Source: an uncultured Candidatus Saccharibacteria bacterium | Lineage (GTDB): Bacteria > Patescibacteriota > Minisyncoccia > Phycocordibacterales > UBA918 | Length of the DNA stretch: 64,000 nucleotides | Direction of reading: 5' to 3' | Assembly: GCA_964350645.1 (NCBI GenBank) | Contig: CAYGJY010000001.1 | Span: 399,939-463,938 of the forward strand | Shown here: piece after piece, positions 9,008 through 20,900 of the stretch | How positions within the stretch are numbered: position 1 is the stretch's first letter | Layout: the number at the start of each line of letters is the position of its first letter | Notes under the pieces: generated by a model | Databases searched by the model: none | What the model was told of the DNA's origin: nothing | What the model saw: the letters and a program-made list of their open reading frames with translations, nothing else | Translations under genes and position numbers: made by a program

Positions 9008-10330
9008 TTATGATTTATAGCTTACATCAACACCTTGGGCGATTAATTTCTCAAAATATCGAGTGAGTGAATCAGCTTCTTTCTCATCAAGTGCTAGCCC
9101 ACCAACCGTCACCCCTTTTGACATTTTTTCGTTAAAGTCGCTCACATGAATGACACCAGTCACCCGGTCTGCAATAATATCAACTAGGTTCTCATTTTGC
9201 TTTTTGGAAAGTTTAATACGCTTTGACTGCAGGAGGTGGTCACGCAAACGTTCGGCTAGCTGATGCTGCGAGAAGAATGAGTGCTCATCGACTTTTTTAG
9301 ATCGAAAACGTTTGATGTCACTTGCTTGGTCAATGATCTTGGTAGCAGTCGATGCCATTTGCAATGCAACTTTGTGATTGATTTCTACACCGCCAGCTTC
9401 GTATTTTGTTTCTAACATTTTAACAAAGTCAGATTTTTGGATTCGTCCATTGATATATAGATTGAGAGCTTTTTCGAGACGCATTAACTGGTCATACGTA
9501 TAATCCTGAGTCAGGTAATTCACCATACTTTTAACACGAAGCGTGTCGACTGAATCATACGGAAATAGACGCGCTAACTGTTCGAGCTCTGTTACTATCG
9601 TCTCCCCTTCTTTAACTGGTTTGATTTGCTTGCGTTGAGGGTTTACCACTTCACGGACCACAAAACCATCTTTCAAATAATACACTCGATGAGCGTAACT
9701 CAAGTGGGCAGCATTATGGGAAACCATAATAATCGTCCGTCGATCGAACGTGTTAATTTCATCGATTTTATCCATCACCTGCTGTGTTGACACTGAATCA
9801 AGGTTTCCAGTCGGTTCATCCGCCAAAAGAATTTTTGGATCGTTAATCATCGAGCGAGCCACAGATACACGCTGTTGTTGACCTCCCGAAAGCATCGCAG
9901 GAATTTTGTGTGATACATGTCCTACTCCAAAACGATCGAGCAGCAACTGTGCCCGGCGTTCACGCGTGGCTTTATCACCATTACAAAAAATCATTGGCAG
10001 AGCCACGTTGTCGAGCACTGATAGTGACTTAATCAAGTTGAATGACTGGAAAATAATTCCCATTACATAACGCTGAAAGTACACTCGCTCCTGAGGTGGG
10101 TAGGAATAAATGTCATCACCTTTGATAAGCAAGGTACCCTCTCCCGGTGGCAAGGAGCCCTGAATCGAATACATCAACGTCGACTTACCCGAACCAGAAG
10201 CACCAAACAAAATAATGTATTCACCTTCGTAAATATCAGTATTAACCCCTTGCAAGGCTTTAAATTCATTGCTCTTTCCCTTGTTATAAATGATCGAAAG
10301 ATCACGACAAATAATAAACGGCTTCGCCAT
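9008..10330 (-). CDS. ABC transporter ATP-binding protein (MacB/LolD/FtsE-like NBD) with a ~200-aa C-terminal extension of unknown function
   Basis: Walker A is GASGSGKST. The ABC signature is LSGGQQQR and Walker B is ILLADEPT, with an H-loop SHN. AAGGAG sits 8 nt upstream of the ATG. The C-terminal extension (~aa 230-440) has no recognisable motif. Confidence 0.85.
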   Translation of the reverse strand: MAKPFIICRDLSIIYNKGKSNEFKALQGVNTDIYEGEYIILFGASGSGKSTLMYSIQGSLPPGEGTLLIKGDDIYSYPPQERVYFQRYVMGIIFQSFNLIKSLSVLDNVALPMIFCNGDKATRERRAQLLLDRFGVGHVSHKIPAMLSGGQQQRVSVARSMINDPKILLADEPTGNLDSVSTQQVMDKIDEINTFDRRTIIMVSHNAAHLSYAHRVYYLKDGFVVREVVNPQRKQIKPVKEGETIVTELEQLARLFPYDSVDTLRVKSMVNYLTQDYTYDQLMRLEKALNLYINGRIQKSDFVKMLETKYEAGGVEINHKVALQMASTATKIIDQASDIKRFRSKKVDEHSFFSQHQLAERLRDHLLQSKRIKLSKKQNENLVDIIADRVTGVIHVSDFNEKMSKGVTVGGLALDEKEADSLTRYFEKLIAQGVDVSYKS

Positions 10331-10466
10331 AAAAAATACTCCTTAATTACACCACAGTTTGCGAATTAACCGACCATTCGTATCCACACGTAATAAATTA
10401 TTAACAAAAAACTTTAGTATCCCCATGCAAAAAAAGATAGACATAATACACCTACAGTAACAATAT

Positions 10467-11978
10467 TTATCCACCAATGTTCTTAACCCAGCCAAAAGTA
10501 CTTTCAAAGTTTTCGAGAATGAGGTCGATGATGTTCTTTTCTTGGATTGGCGTGAAGAGGACAAAGTTTTCTGATTTTCTACTATTACCAGCTTCATCCG
10601 TACAATCAAGCCAAAATTGATAGACCGTCGCTGATGCAAAATCAACAATCACTTCAACGTGCCTTTCAGCATAGCTAATTTCTTCTGCCTCAATGACTGT
10701 TGGCTCAACACCACCTGCAACACCTTCTCGATATGTCATGGTGCAGTAGGCTGGCTCATCAGTATTCCACTCTACGATGGTTTGAATACGTGATTCTCCA
10801 CCAGGAAATAAGGTTGATTCATTAGTTACGTTGGTAATGAGTGGCGGAGCGGTATCTTTTACTGTAATGAATGTAATTGGTTGACTCTTTACTCGATCAC
10901 CACCACCATTTTCTGCAATCACAAAAGCTACATAGCGCGTTCCAAGTGTAAGGTCAGCGATACGCATCTGGTGTGAGGTAAGCAGCGTTGGCCGCCCTTT
11001 GGAGTTTTGGATACCCGTTGTGAGATCCTGATACTCAACCAGCGCTTTGGCTGGTACCGTCGTATCCCAAGCAAGTGTAGCTGCATCTTCCTCTACTTTT
11101 ATGATGCGCAAATTTCTGATTTCTGGTAATGAAGCTTTCGTCTTAAAGGTATAGTCAAAACTCTCACCTGTAATACCAAGACCATCAGTAGATCTCACCT
11201 GGAAGTGATACTCAGTGAACGGTTCGAGACCAATGAGTCTGACGGCGTGTTGAGCTACCGGATCACCCGGATCAGACTGAGCTAACGTATAATTTCCTGG
11301 CGTATATTCACTGGCTGGTGCAAATAATACTTCAGAGCTCGCTTCACGGTCAGTAGTCCACTCGACTAACGCGGAGGTAGTTTCTGGTGTAACCGTCGGT
11401 GGCCCAACGATTGTCAGGTCCTCAGTAATACCCTGAATCGCCTTTACGGTTTCGTTCAAAATTTCTTGGAGTTGCTGAGGATTAGAAATCTGCTGAATCT
11501 GCTCTTTGATTTCTTGGACCGTTTGAGTTTCAACTTGAACTTGTGAAGTAGTGGTAGTTTCAGTGGTTGTCTCTGAATCGCTTTGTCCATCACCACTACC
11601 TTCTTCAGTCGGCGGCTCTCCTAACTGGACTTTATAGTCGGCGGAAATACCTTGGTTCCCTTCTTCATCTGAAGAGACAACTCGGAAATGATATGTCCGA
11701 CCTGGCTCCAGATCATCAATAGTAATCGAGTGTTCACGACGCGTCGCTTCAGGTAAACGAACAATTCCGTAGTCATCTTTCAGACCATAGTTAACAATCG
11801 AGTCGGCGTCTTCATCTGTTTCCCAGGTAATAGTTACACTATCTTCTTGCACGTCAATGACCTGCACATTATTAATTTCTGGGGCACTCACATCACTAGA
11901 CTGCGCATAGGCAACACTGGTAGCCATACCCGCCAGTAAAAGCGCCGCGAACAACTTCGATCTCATAGTGCTAATCAT
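10467..11978 (-). CDS. Secreted protein with about four fibronectin-III / purple-acid-phosphatase-N-like domains
   Basis: 503 aa with a signal peptide and repeated W(E/D)T...Y...(Y/F)RV blocks, for example ITWETDEDADS...GRTYHFRVVSSD, VEWTTDREAS...EYHFQVRSTD and LAWDTT...RYVAFVIAE. It starts 4 bp after the giant-gene stop. Confidence 0.7.
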   Translation of the reverse strand: MISTMRSKLFAALLLAGMATSVAYAQSSDVSAPEINNVQVIDVQEDSVTITWETDEDADSIVNYGLKDDYGIVRLPEATRREHSITIDDLEPGRTYHFRVVSSDEEGNQGISADYKVQLGEPPTEEGSGDGQSDSETTTETTTTSQVQVETQTVQEIKEQIQQISNPQQLQEILNETVKAIQGITEDLTIVGPPTVTPETTSALVEWTTDREASSEVLFAPASEYTPGNYTLAQSDPGDPVAQHAVRLIGLEPFTEYHFQVRSTDGLGITGESFDYTFKTKASLPEIRNLRIIKVEEDAATLAWDTTVPAKALVEYQDLTTGIQNSKGRPTLLTSHQMRIADLTLGTRYVAFVIAENGGGDRVKSQPITFITVKDTAPPLITNVTNESTLFPGGESRIQTIVEWNTDEPAYCTMTYREGVAGGVEPTVIEAEEISYAERHVEVIVDFASATVYQFWLDCTDEAGNSRKSENFVLFTPIQEKNIIDLILENFESTFGWVKNIGG

Positions 11979-11982
11979 AGCA

Positions 11983-14900
11983 TTAGTCCCCAGTTACGTA
12001 GAAGGTATTTACCCCACTGTGCGGATTACTCTTTGTACCAAACGGGATAGCAATTCCCCAATAAATCTCGTCAGCAACTGGCGGTGAGACGGTGATTGGT
12101 TTTGACAAATCGACTTCAATCAACTGCGGAGTCGTACTTGGAAGATTAAAGCAGTCAACACATGAACTGTACGTAAATGTCGACGTTGAGAAAATTTGCT
12201 GAGTAGCTGGGATAAATGATGTCAAACCATCGGTCAGATCAGTTCCTTCGATTTCAATGTCGATGGCAGCGTTACCAATGTTGGCAACAGTGGTTGATGC
12301 ATTGGTCGATCCGGTGTCATCGAAGACAGCCAGCGCTCCGTAGTCGATATCATCATCAACTTCAAGAGCCCACATTGTTAGTAGATCAATACCTGGACTG
12401 GTCGCCAAATTACTCGCACCACTCTTATCAACCACTTCCAAGAAGGCATACCATAACTCTCCACCGTCGGTATCCGTCGGGTCAGCATGGAAGGCAAAGT
12501 CAGCGTAACACTGTAATTCACAGCTATTACCACTACAGTTCGTAAAGCTACATTGTGGTGTTGTGGTAGCAATATAACAGTTGTTATTGTCCGCCGTACA
12601 TGCGGCAGTGGCTGTCGTAGTAAACATAGTGGAGGTAGCCGCATCTAGATCGGTGTAGCCGTTGAGGTCAGTCACCGTCGTGGTTGCAAAGACTCTGGCA
12701 GTTCCGCCTGGGTTCAAGATAATATTCTGACCAAGGTTGAACTGAATTGGGCCAAATGTTGGAGGGAACTGCAGTGTCAACTCTGCGACTCGAGCGTATG
12801 AATCAAGTACTGAACCGTTATCGGTTACTCGGAAACAGTACGCCTCATCTGCTGCATTAGCAGTGACTACCACAGCATACTCAACTTCTGTATAGTCACC
12901 CTGGTTAATAGAAAGACCAGCAGTCTTATTCGATGGATCTTCAACAAATGCACCGGCACTGAAATCACCAATCGTACCCGTAAGAAGATCTACCGTGGCT
13001 GCACCGTTAGCCACAGTGGTAGAGGTCGCCATACAGATCGCTGAACTACCGCATGATGCGTCAACTGGCACTGCAGCGTAACTGCCACCAGAGACTGCCG
13101 CACAGGTTGGTGCGGCTCCTTTGCCAGCAAACTCAAGAGTCAGTAGCTGACCAGTCAAATCGAGACCACCGTTTTCAATAGCCAGTCGCAGGCGTTGTGG
13201 TACACCGATAGTAACCGTATCGAGAGTAGTATTTTGTGCTTTTGCCCAACTTGCACCACCGTCAGTCTGTTCAACACCAAAGTAAATAGTTGGCTCTTGA
13301 TTGAGTCGTGGTCGAGACAAGAAGCTGTCCCAGCCACCGTTATTTGTCCAGTACGTAAAGCCGTATCCTCCAGATGAATAGGTTGAATCAGCCGCTGACA
13401 CCGATGCCAATAGTGAACCTACTGGATCAAAGACCGTAACGTCAATCGAATCATCGGTCTGCCAATCAATTTCTACTTCATACCAACCAGTACCTGCAGT
13501 AGTGAAGGCAGCTGATGAAGTTGCCAACCTAACAACTGGTGTGAAACTGTCATTGCGGCGAGCATTTTTCACCAACGACACTCGCTCAGTACCGAAGAGC
13601 TCCATACACACACCATAGTTCTGGAAGCCAGATACCGGTGCCTGCACACCGAAGAGCGTACATATCTCGTCAGAGTCACCATCATCAACATCAATATACT
13701 GACGGTAGCGGATAATCTCACCCTGACTGACCGTCTGATCAAAGCGGGACATACCACCATTTGAGAAGTTTCCTGGGACAACCGCACTGAGTCCATATGA
13801 ACCACCAAAATTAAATGCTGCATTTGTCTGGAAATCACTTGTTTGGCCACTGTATTCGGAAATATTATTGTCCTCAAAATCATCCGCAGCGATAAATGTA
13901 GCGGTACTCGAACTGGTGGTGTTAACTGCCACGTTATCGTAGTACATATAAATACTTGTTACTGTGTCGCTCAGTAACGTCGGTACTGACACCCACACAA
14001 GAGCTTCAGTACTAGCGGTGAAACTTTCAACCCAATACGGAATCTCAGTTGTGCCATCGTCACTCGTGAAGCGGAGATCTTCAAAGTCACTCTGCATGTT
14101 GGCATCATATGGAATAGTAATTTCAATCGCTGCATCAGTGTAGGTTGATGCATCGCGGTTACGTAGACGAATCTGCTGTCGCTTATCCCAATCAGTATCA
14201 AACCACTCATCAGCTGGTACGCCAAGACCTCCATCATCATTGCGCCAACGATATTGAGTCTGTTCAATTAGTTGACAATCACTATCGTCCCAACGGATGG
14301 ATCCACAATCATCACTGACGTCACCATCATTATCAAACGCCTCACCGTAGAGTGATCCGCCACCATTTCGGAACGTCCAGGCACTGGTGGTGGTTGCTTC
14401 AAGATCGACGTTAGTACCAGAGAAACCTCCGTTATAGAAGTACGTGCCATCAATAATCAACGACGCATTCGCATCAAGCGCACTGGAGGCGAGCGAAATC
14501 ACTGCGCCAGTACTTGTGCTAAGTGTGAAGGAACCATTGTCGAGCAAGATAACAGTTGTGGTACCGAGTAGATTAAGCCCAAAATCATCCATTCCACTTA
14601 TATCAAAGTATTCTGCTTCGAAGGTACCACCAGCAAAAGTAAATCCATATGTGCCAGTATCAGACTGTACCGTCGTGGTTGCCGCATCAACACCAACAAT
14701 CTCAAGACGACCGTTATTACCAATACTGATACTTGAAGTCGCTGCATCAACAAAAGTTACCGTAACTGGCCGCGCGCTTGCACCAAGTGTCGAACCATCG
14801 AAATTCTGGTCATTATTCCAAAACTCAGTCGTTGTATCAATATTAAAGTCACCATAAATGAAGAGATCCCCGGGGGTGCCCGCATGATCTTGTGAATACC

Positions 14901-17900
14901 ACGAAGTAGGAGCTGTTAGTTTCGGTGTCGTCGCAGAACTATCCCAGCTACGAATATTGGTGTTAGCGGCAATTTCTAGTGTACTGTACACGTCACCTCC
15001 AGAGTTTTTAGTGTTAATACTGTAGTCAGTACCAGACAAGAGGCGCAAAGTTGAACTGAGCCACGTCGTATTAGCACCGCCAACCGCATTAGTGAAGACA
15101 CCACCAACTGACAATGTTTGGTTAGTATCGAGGGTAAATTGATTAGCACTGCTCAAGCTAAAGTTGTTAGTGACAGTAGCGGTTTGGAAAATCCAACCAC
15201 CATTAAGTCCGCCGATCACCACATTATAAAATTCATTTGCACCCGGATTGACTGTTTCTCCAAGGTCACTTGAATTGAAGAGAATGGTTCCAGTAGCAGT
15301 ATTCATAATACCGTTTGTCGCATCAAGTGAACCGCCAATTGCTAATGTTGTTGACGCAACGTTGAGTGTTCCACTCGCAATAGTGAGTGAACCGGCGAGA
15401 TTTACCTCAACATCGGTCATAGTGAATTCTGCTCCACCTACGATATCAAGTGACCCCAATGACTCATTCGAAAGTGTTAGGTCAGCTGTACCGGTGTTTT
15501 GTGCGAGTGCCAGTGTTCCACCATTGGCAGTGATCGTATCGAGCACAATAAAGTTTGCCCCAACTACTAGGGTGTCACTTGGCAACGTCACAGCTCCAGT
15601 AGTGACCACGAAACTGTCAGTTGCTGTCGCATTAACATCACTGATAGTCCAACTACCTGCTCCGTTGAAGACTACCTCATTGGCATCATTACCGCCGAAG
15701 GTCACTGTTTCACCACCAGTACCAGACGTAAACACAAGCCGACCACCGTTGGCATCAAACGTATCACTATTTACAAATGAACCAGCGACAGTCGTGGTGG
15801 CCGTTGGTAACGTCAATGATCCGGCAGTAATTGTGAGATCATCATTGGTAGTAAGCGTCACGTTAGTCACTGCCCAATCCCCAGCACCATTAAAGACCAC
15901 TGTGTTAAAAGCCTGATCGTTGGTGTCAATTAGCCGACCAGCATCATCAGTTGTAAACGTAAACGTAGAGTTGGCTGCTTCAAAGACTGCATCAGTACCA
16001 AAAATGAGACTGCCGCCAATAGAATGACTCTCGCTGCCAGCTGCGGTGAAAATTGCATCCGCTCGCGCTTCAAGTGTACCGTCATAGGCTGCACCCGCTC
16101 CGCCACCGCTTAAGGTAATATTTCCTCCTGGGGCAAACTCCTTCGTGTCCCAAATCAGCAACTTTGCATTGGCCGGTAATGTCAGAGTATCGGTACCAGC
16201 GTCGATCGCCGTAAATGGAATATCAGCATCGTTTGAACTATCAAAGACTGCCATATCTTCAATGGTAATCGGATCAGTGTTAGCGTGACGGACGATCACG
16301 TGGTTTTCATAGAGATCCATATCAGTGATTGATGTAATTGGATCAATCGTAACAGTAGATGCTTTTTCAGCTTCACCATTGATGTAAAGTGTCAGCGTAT
16401 CGTTAGCGCTGAAAGAAATGTCTGAAATACTATATGAACCATCAGCACTGGAGCAAGATGACGAGGCTTGCTGAGCCAAACTACCCGCAATCGCCAAGAC
16501 AATGTTAGTTGTACTATCATCACAAGCTGTCGAAACAGAACTTTCGTTGGACTGATAGACATTACCAGAAATTGTAATGATGGCAGCTGAGTCATCCCAA
16601 ATAATTTCACCCGGATCACCGGTATCAAGGTCATAATCTTCACCATCACGATTGCCACTGTGTTCGGTAAAGCGCCAGGCACTAAGCGAACTGCCTAGTA
16701 ACTCGACGTTGATTGCCCCAGTCACACCTGTATCAGCATTGAAACTACTACCACTAAAATTTTTGGCTGGGTTGGCATTAATAACTGATCCCTGGACACT
16801 AACCATACTGGCACTATTAATCTCAGCCAAGAGGTCGAGATTAGCAAAACCAGACACTATTGGTGTGCCAGTAAATTGCACACCATCGCTATCGATGTTT
16901 CGAACTAAGACTTCATTCCAATTGAAAGCCGTAGTGCCCCCAACAATCAGGGCATACGTGCCCGAACCTTGATTTTGAATCGTCGTGGTAGCAGTACTGG
17001 TACCAATCGCGCGCAGCGCACCAGCTGTCCATGATGCACTACCACCACCCTCAACATACACATCAACTTGCCGCTCATTACCACCAGTAAGATCAGTACC
17101 ATCAAAGTCAATTGCATAACTCCAATAATCACTAAAGGTGCTATTTTGATAATCACCAAAGATATAGAGATCCCCGGTTATATCAGTATGATCCATTGAG
17201 TAAAGTGATCCACCATTTGTAGTTACACTGCCGACAATTGAGTTCCACATACGCGGATGGGTACTGGCTCCAACAATAATATTTTCGTACACGTCAGTAG
17301 TGGTACTGGCATTGATTTCATAAGCTTGACCACCGTAGAGATAGAGAGTTGAGCCAGTCCAGGTAGTAGCTCCTCCACCGACTTCATTACTAAATGTTCC
17401 ACCAACGGCAAATTGAGTGCTCGGATTAACGGTTACAAGTGACGTTGATGCAAAGACTACATCATTACTTGACGTTGCACTTTCGGTGAAAGTAGCTAGC
17501 CCAGTTCCAGCCAAGGTGAGGTCGGCAAAGTCACTGCCGCCAGCAGCAATCGTGTGCGCTCCAGTTCCATCAAAGTACACCAAGCCACTATTAGCATTAA
17601 ACGTACCAGTGTTGGTGAAGCTGCCAGAAAGCGTCAGCGTATTACTATCACTCGCTGACAACGTGCCGTTTGCCCCAATTCGAACGTCACCCAGGACCGT
17701 CATGACTGGATCACTCGTGTTGAGATTAGCAGTCGTTGGTGCCGTACCAGCAACTACCAAATCATTTTGAACTAGTACACCCAGCGCTCCGAAACTATAT
17801 ACGGGCGTGCCAGCGCTACCAGCAATTGTCAGATTGTAATACGGAGTCGAAAGGATATTAGCCGATGCTACTCCACCATATGTAACCGTACTCGTGTCTT

Positions 17901-20900
17901 CGAGGAAAGTCCCTGATTCAACAAAGATAGTGCCAGAACCAGTCAGACTCCAGAATGATGAACCGGCATCAAGGAAATGCCCAGCAGCAATAGTTAATAC
18001 TCCGCCGACAGTTGTTGTGGCAGTATTGGTTCTCGTTGTCGTCCCAGTTACGGCGCCGTTACCCAAGGTAAGATCGAAGAACGTCCAACCCTGGGTACCA
18101 CCAAGTTCAGTCGTCGTTTCTACTGTAACTTCCCCACCACCCATTGACACCAATCCGTCACCACTGAATGTACCTGCTTGGAGTGTAATATCACCGGTAC
18201 CGGTCACCGTTCCCGTAGCTACCGTCATGTCAGCTCCGATTAGTAAATCTGAGTTGATGTTCCAACCGCCGCCAACTCCTGTAAATGCAAGTTCACGGAA
18301 CGTCGTTAAAGTAGCATCATCATGAGTAATGGCTTTACCGGTCGTAGTAGCGGTGAAAGTAAAGGTAGTTGAAGCAGCGGTGAAAGTTGAACCAGTATCC
18401 TGGAAGAAACTACCACCAATACTGTGTGACTGGTTAGTAGCCGCTGTGAAAATAGCGCTGTTATCAATATGTAATGAACCATCGTAGACGGCACCAGAGC
18501 CACCTGATTGTAGGGTAATATTTCCACCTGGTATAAACGTCGTGCTTGAAGCTATCAGTAGTTCGGTTTCTGGTCGTACAATCAAGGTATTGGTCGTACC
18601 GGTTGCCGCCACAAAACGTAAATCAGGATCATCTGTTTCATCAAAGACAGCCATCCGAGCAATGGTCATCGGCGCCACGTCTTCATGGCGTGTCATGACA
18701 CGATTAGCATACACATCTAAATCAATGATATCTCCAGTTGGTGTTCGCGTAACGATACTTCCCTTTGCAGCCACATTGTCGAGGTATACAACAATTGTTG
18801 GATCACCACCATATGACACATTACTAAAGCTGTAACTGCCATCGAGACCAGCACATGGTACTGAATCAGTGTACGCACCACCATCAACTACGATGGTAAC
18901 CGCATCAGTCACACCATCACACGTTGGACCACCAAGTGTACTTGCCCCATCATCAGCATAGACAGTACCTGCAACTGTAATCTGGTAATTACTATCATCC
19001 CAACGGATATTACCTGGATCTAAGTCACCCGTATCATAATCTTCACCATAACGATCACCGGATCCTTCACGGAACCACCAAAAAGAATTTGGTGATCCAC
19101 TTAAGGTTACGTTGACATTACCACCACCGGTGACAAAGTCGGTATTGAAGTATTGAGCAGCCGGGTTAGTGTCGATCGTGCTTGCATCCACCGTTACAGC
19201 TGATGAAACTGCCGGGATAGTAAAGAGAAGATTATCAAAAGTAGTGACGGTCGTTGAGCTAAGCAACTGGAAGCCACTTGGGTCTGTGCCTGTCATAGTA
19301 AAGTATTCGGCGTTTAAGGTGGCTCCTTCTGTTGCGAGTGCAAATGAACCACTCTGGGCATCAACTGTTGTTGAAGCGCTGCTCGTGCCAATAATAGACA
19401 AGTTTGAGGAGCTAGCAATCACACTTGCACCATTAGCGACGCGCACATCAACCTGCCGCTCACTGCCACCTGAGAGATCAGCGCCATCAAAGTCAGTGGC
19501 ATAGCTCCAATGTTCAGTGCCGGCACTACGAACATACTCACCAAAGATATACAAGTCACCGCTATTACCCGCATGATCTTGAGAGTAGATCGACGCAGTA
19601 TCTTGGGTATCGTATGTTGCAGCAGTACTATTCCACATAGCAATATCGCCATCACCGGTAATTGACAAGATGTTGTAATCATCACCGTCGTTAGTCTTGT
19701 CGTTAAAGGTAAAGTCTCCACCACCACTTAATAACAATGTGGCTCCAGCCCAACTAGTCGAGGCATTACTCATAGCGTTCGAGAACGTGCCGGTAGACTC
19801 AAGTGTCAGAGCTGTATCTACTGTGAAATCATTACCATCGATTAGAGTAATAGCATTGGTTGCAGTGGCTGCTTCAGTCACGGTCCAGCCACCACCATCA
19901 CCATTAAATGCTAGGGTATAGAAAGATGAGACACCTGGAGCGACAGAGTGCCCAGTTGTATTGGCATTAAAGGTAACGGCTCCGGTGCCAGCCGAGAACG
20001 TTGCATCATTGTCAAATGAGCCTCCGATAGAGAAATTGGTGCTTGGGAATTGCGCCGACGCACTTTCAATCACTACGTCACCAGTTGCAGTCACACTCGC
20101 ATCAGCAAAAATACGAGTGCTCGTGCCTCCGCCAGAGGTAACACTATAGAAGGTTGTTGGCGCAGACATATTGCTGTATTCAGCTGCAATCCAATCGGCT
20201 GATCTTTCAATTTGTGAAATTCTAAACTCATCAACCAATCCACCAAAGTCAAAAGCTGTCTGCCAGCGACCAATGTTTGAACCACCCGTGTTGGTTGGAA
20301 TCGTAGTTTCAGCACCAGTCCTGGTATTTCGCAGTACACCATCCACATAAATATAGCGATTGCCTGCCTGCATAGCTGAAGTAACTAATTGCCAGGTACC
20401 ACCAGCTGAAATTCCCGTTGGTGCGGCGTCAACGCGGTTTCCGGTACCAGTACCCCCGACGCTAAATGTATAGGTATCGTTGTTGGTGGTACCGCTAATA
20501 TTGTCCCAAATCAAAATTGGCGTCCCACTTTGGGTAGCAAACAATACGTCATCTGCACCATCTTCATTTACATTTACCCACGTAGAGATAGTAACTTCGC
20601 TACCACCATTAAGTTCAGATAGGTTGCTGTTCAAATTAATATAATCATCACCGCCACTGTCAGTGATACTGACAGCTGTTCCTAATATTCCTGTAGTGGT
20701 TGTCAATGTTCCAACCGCCGTTGCATCTCGATCAAAACTGGTTGAATCAACTGCATCTTCATCCTCCATGTGATAGACAGCTAAGAAGTCATCATCCCAG
20801 ACATTTTCTGCTCCCAGCGGATCATCGATCAGATAATCACTTTCGCCACTATTGCCATAATACACATAGAAAGTACTGTTCGTGGTTGAAGACAACGTAG

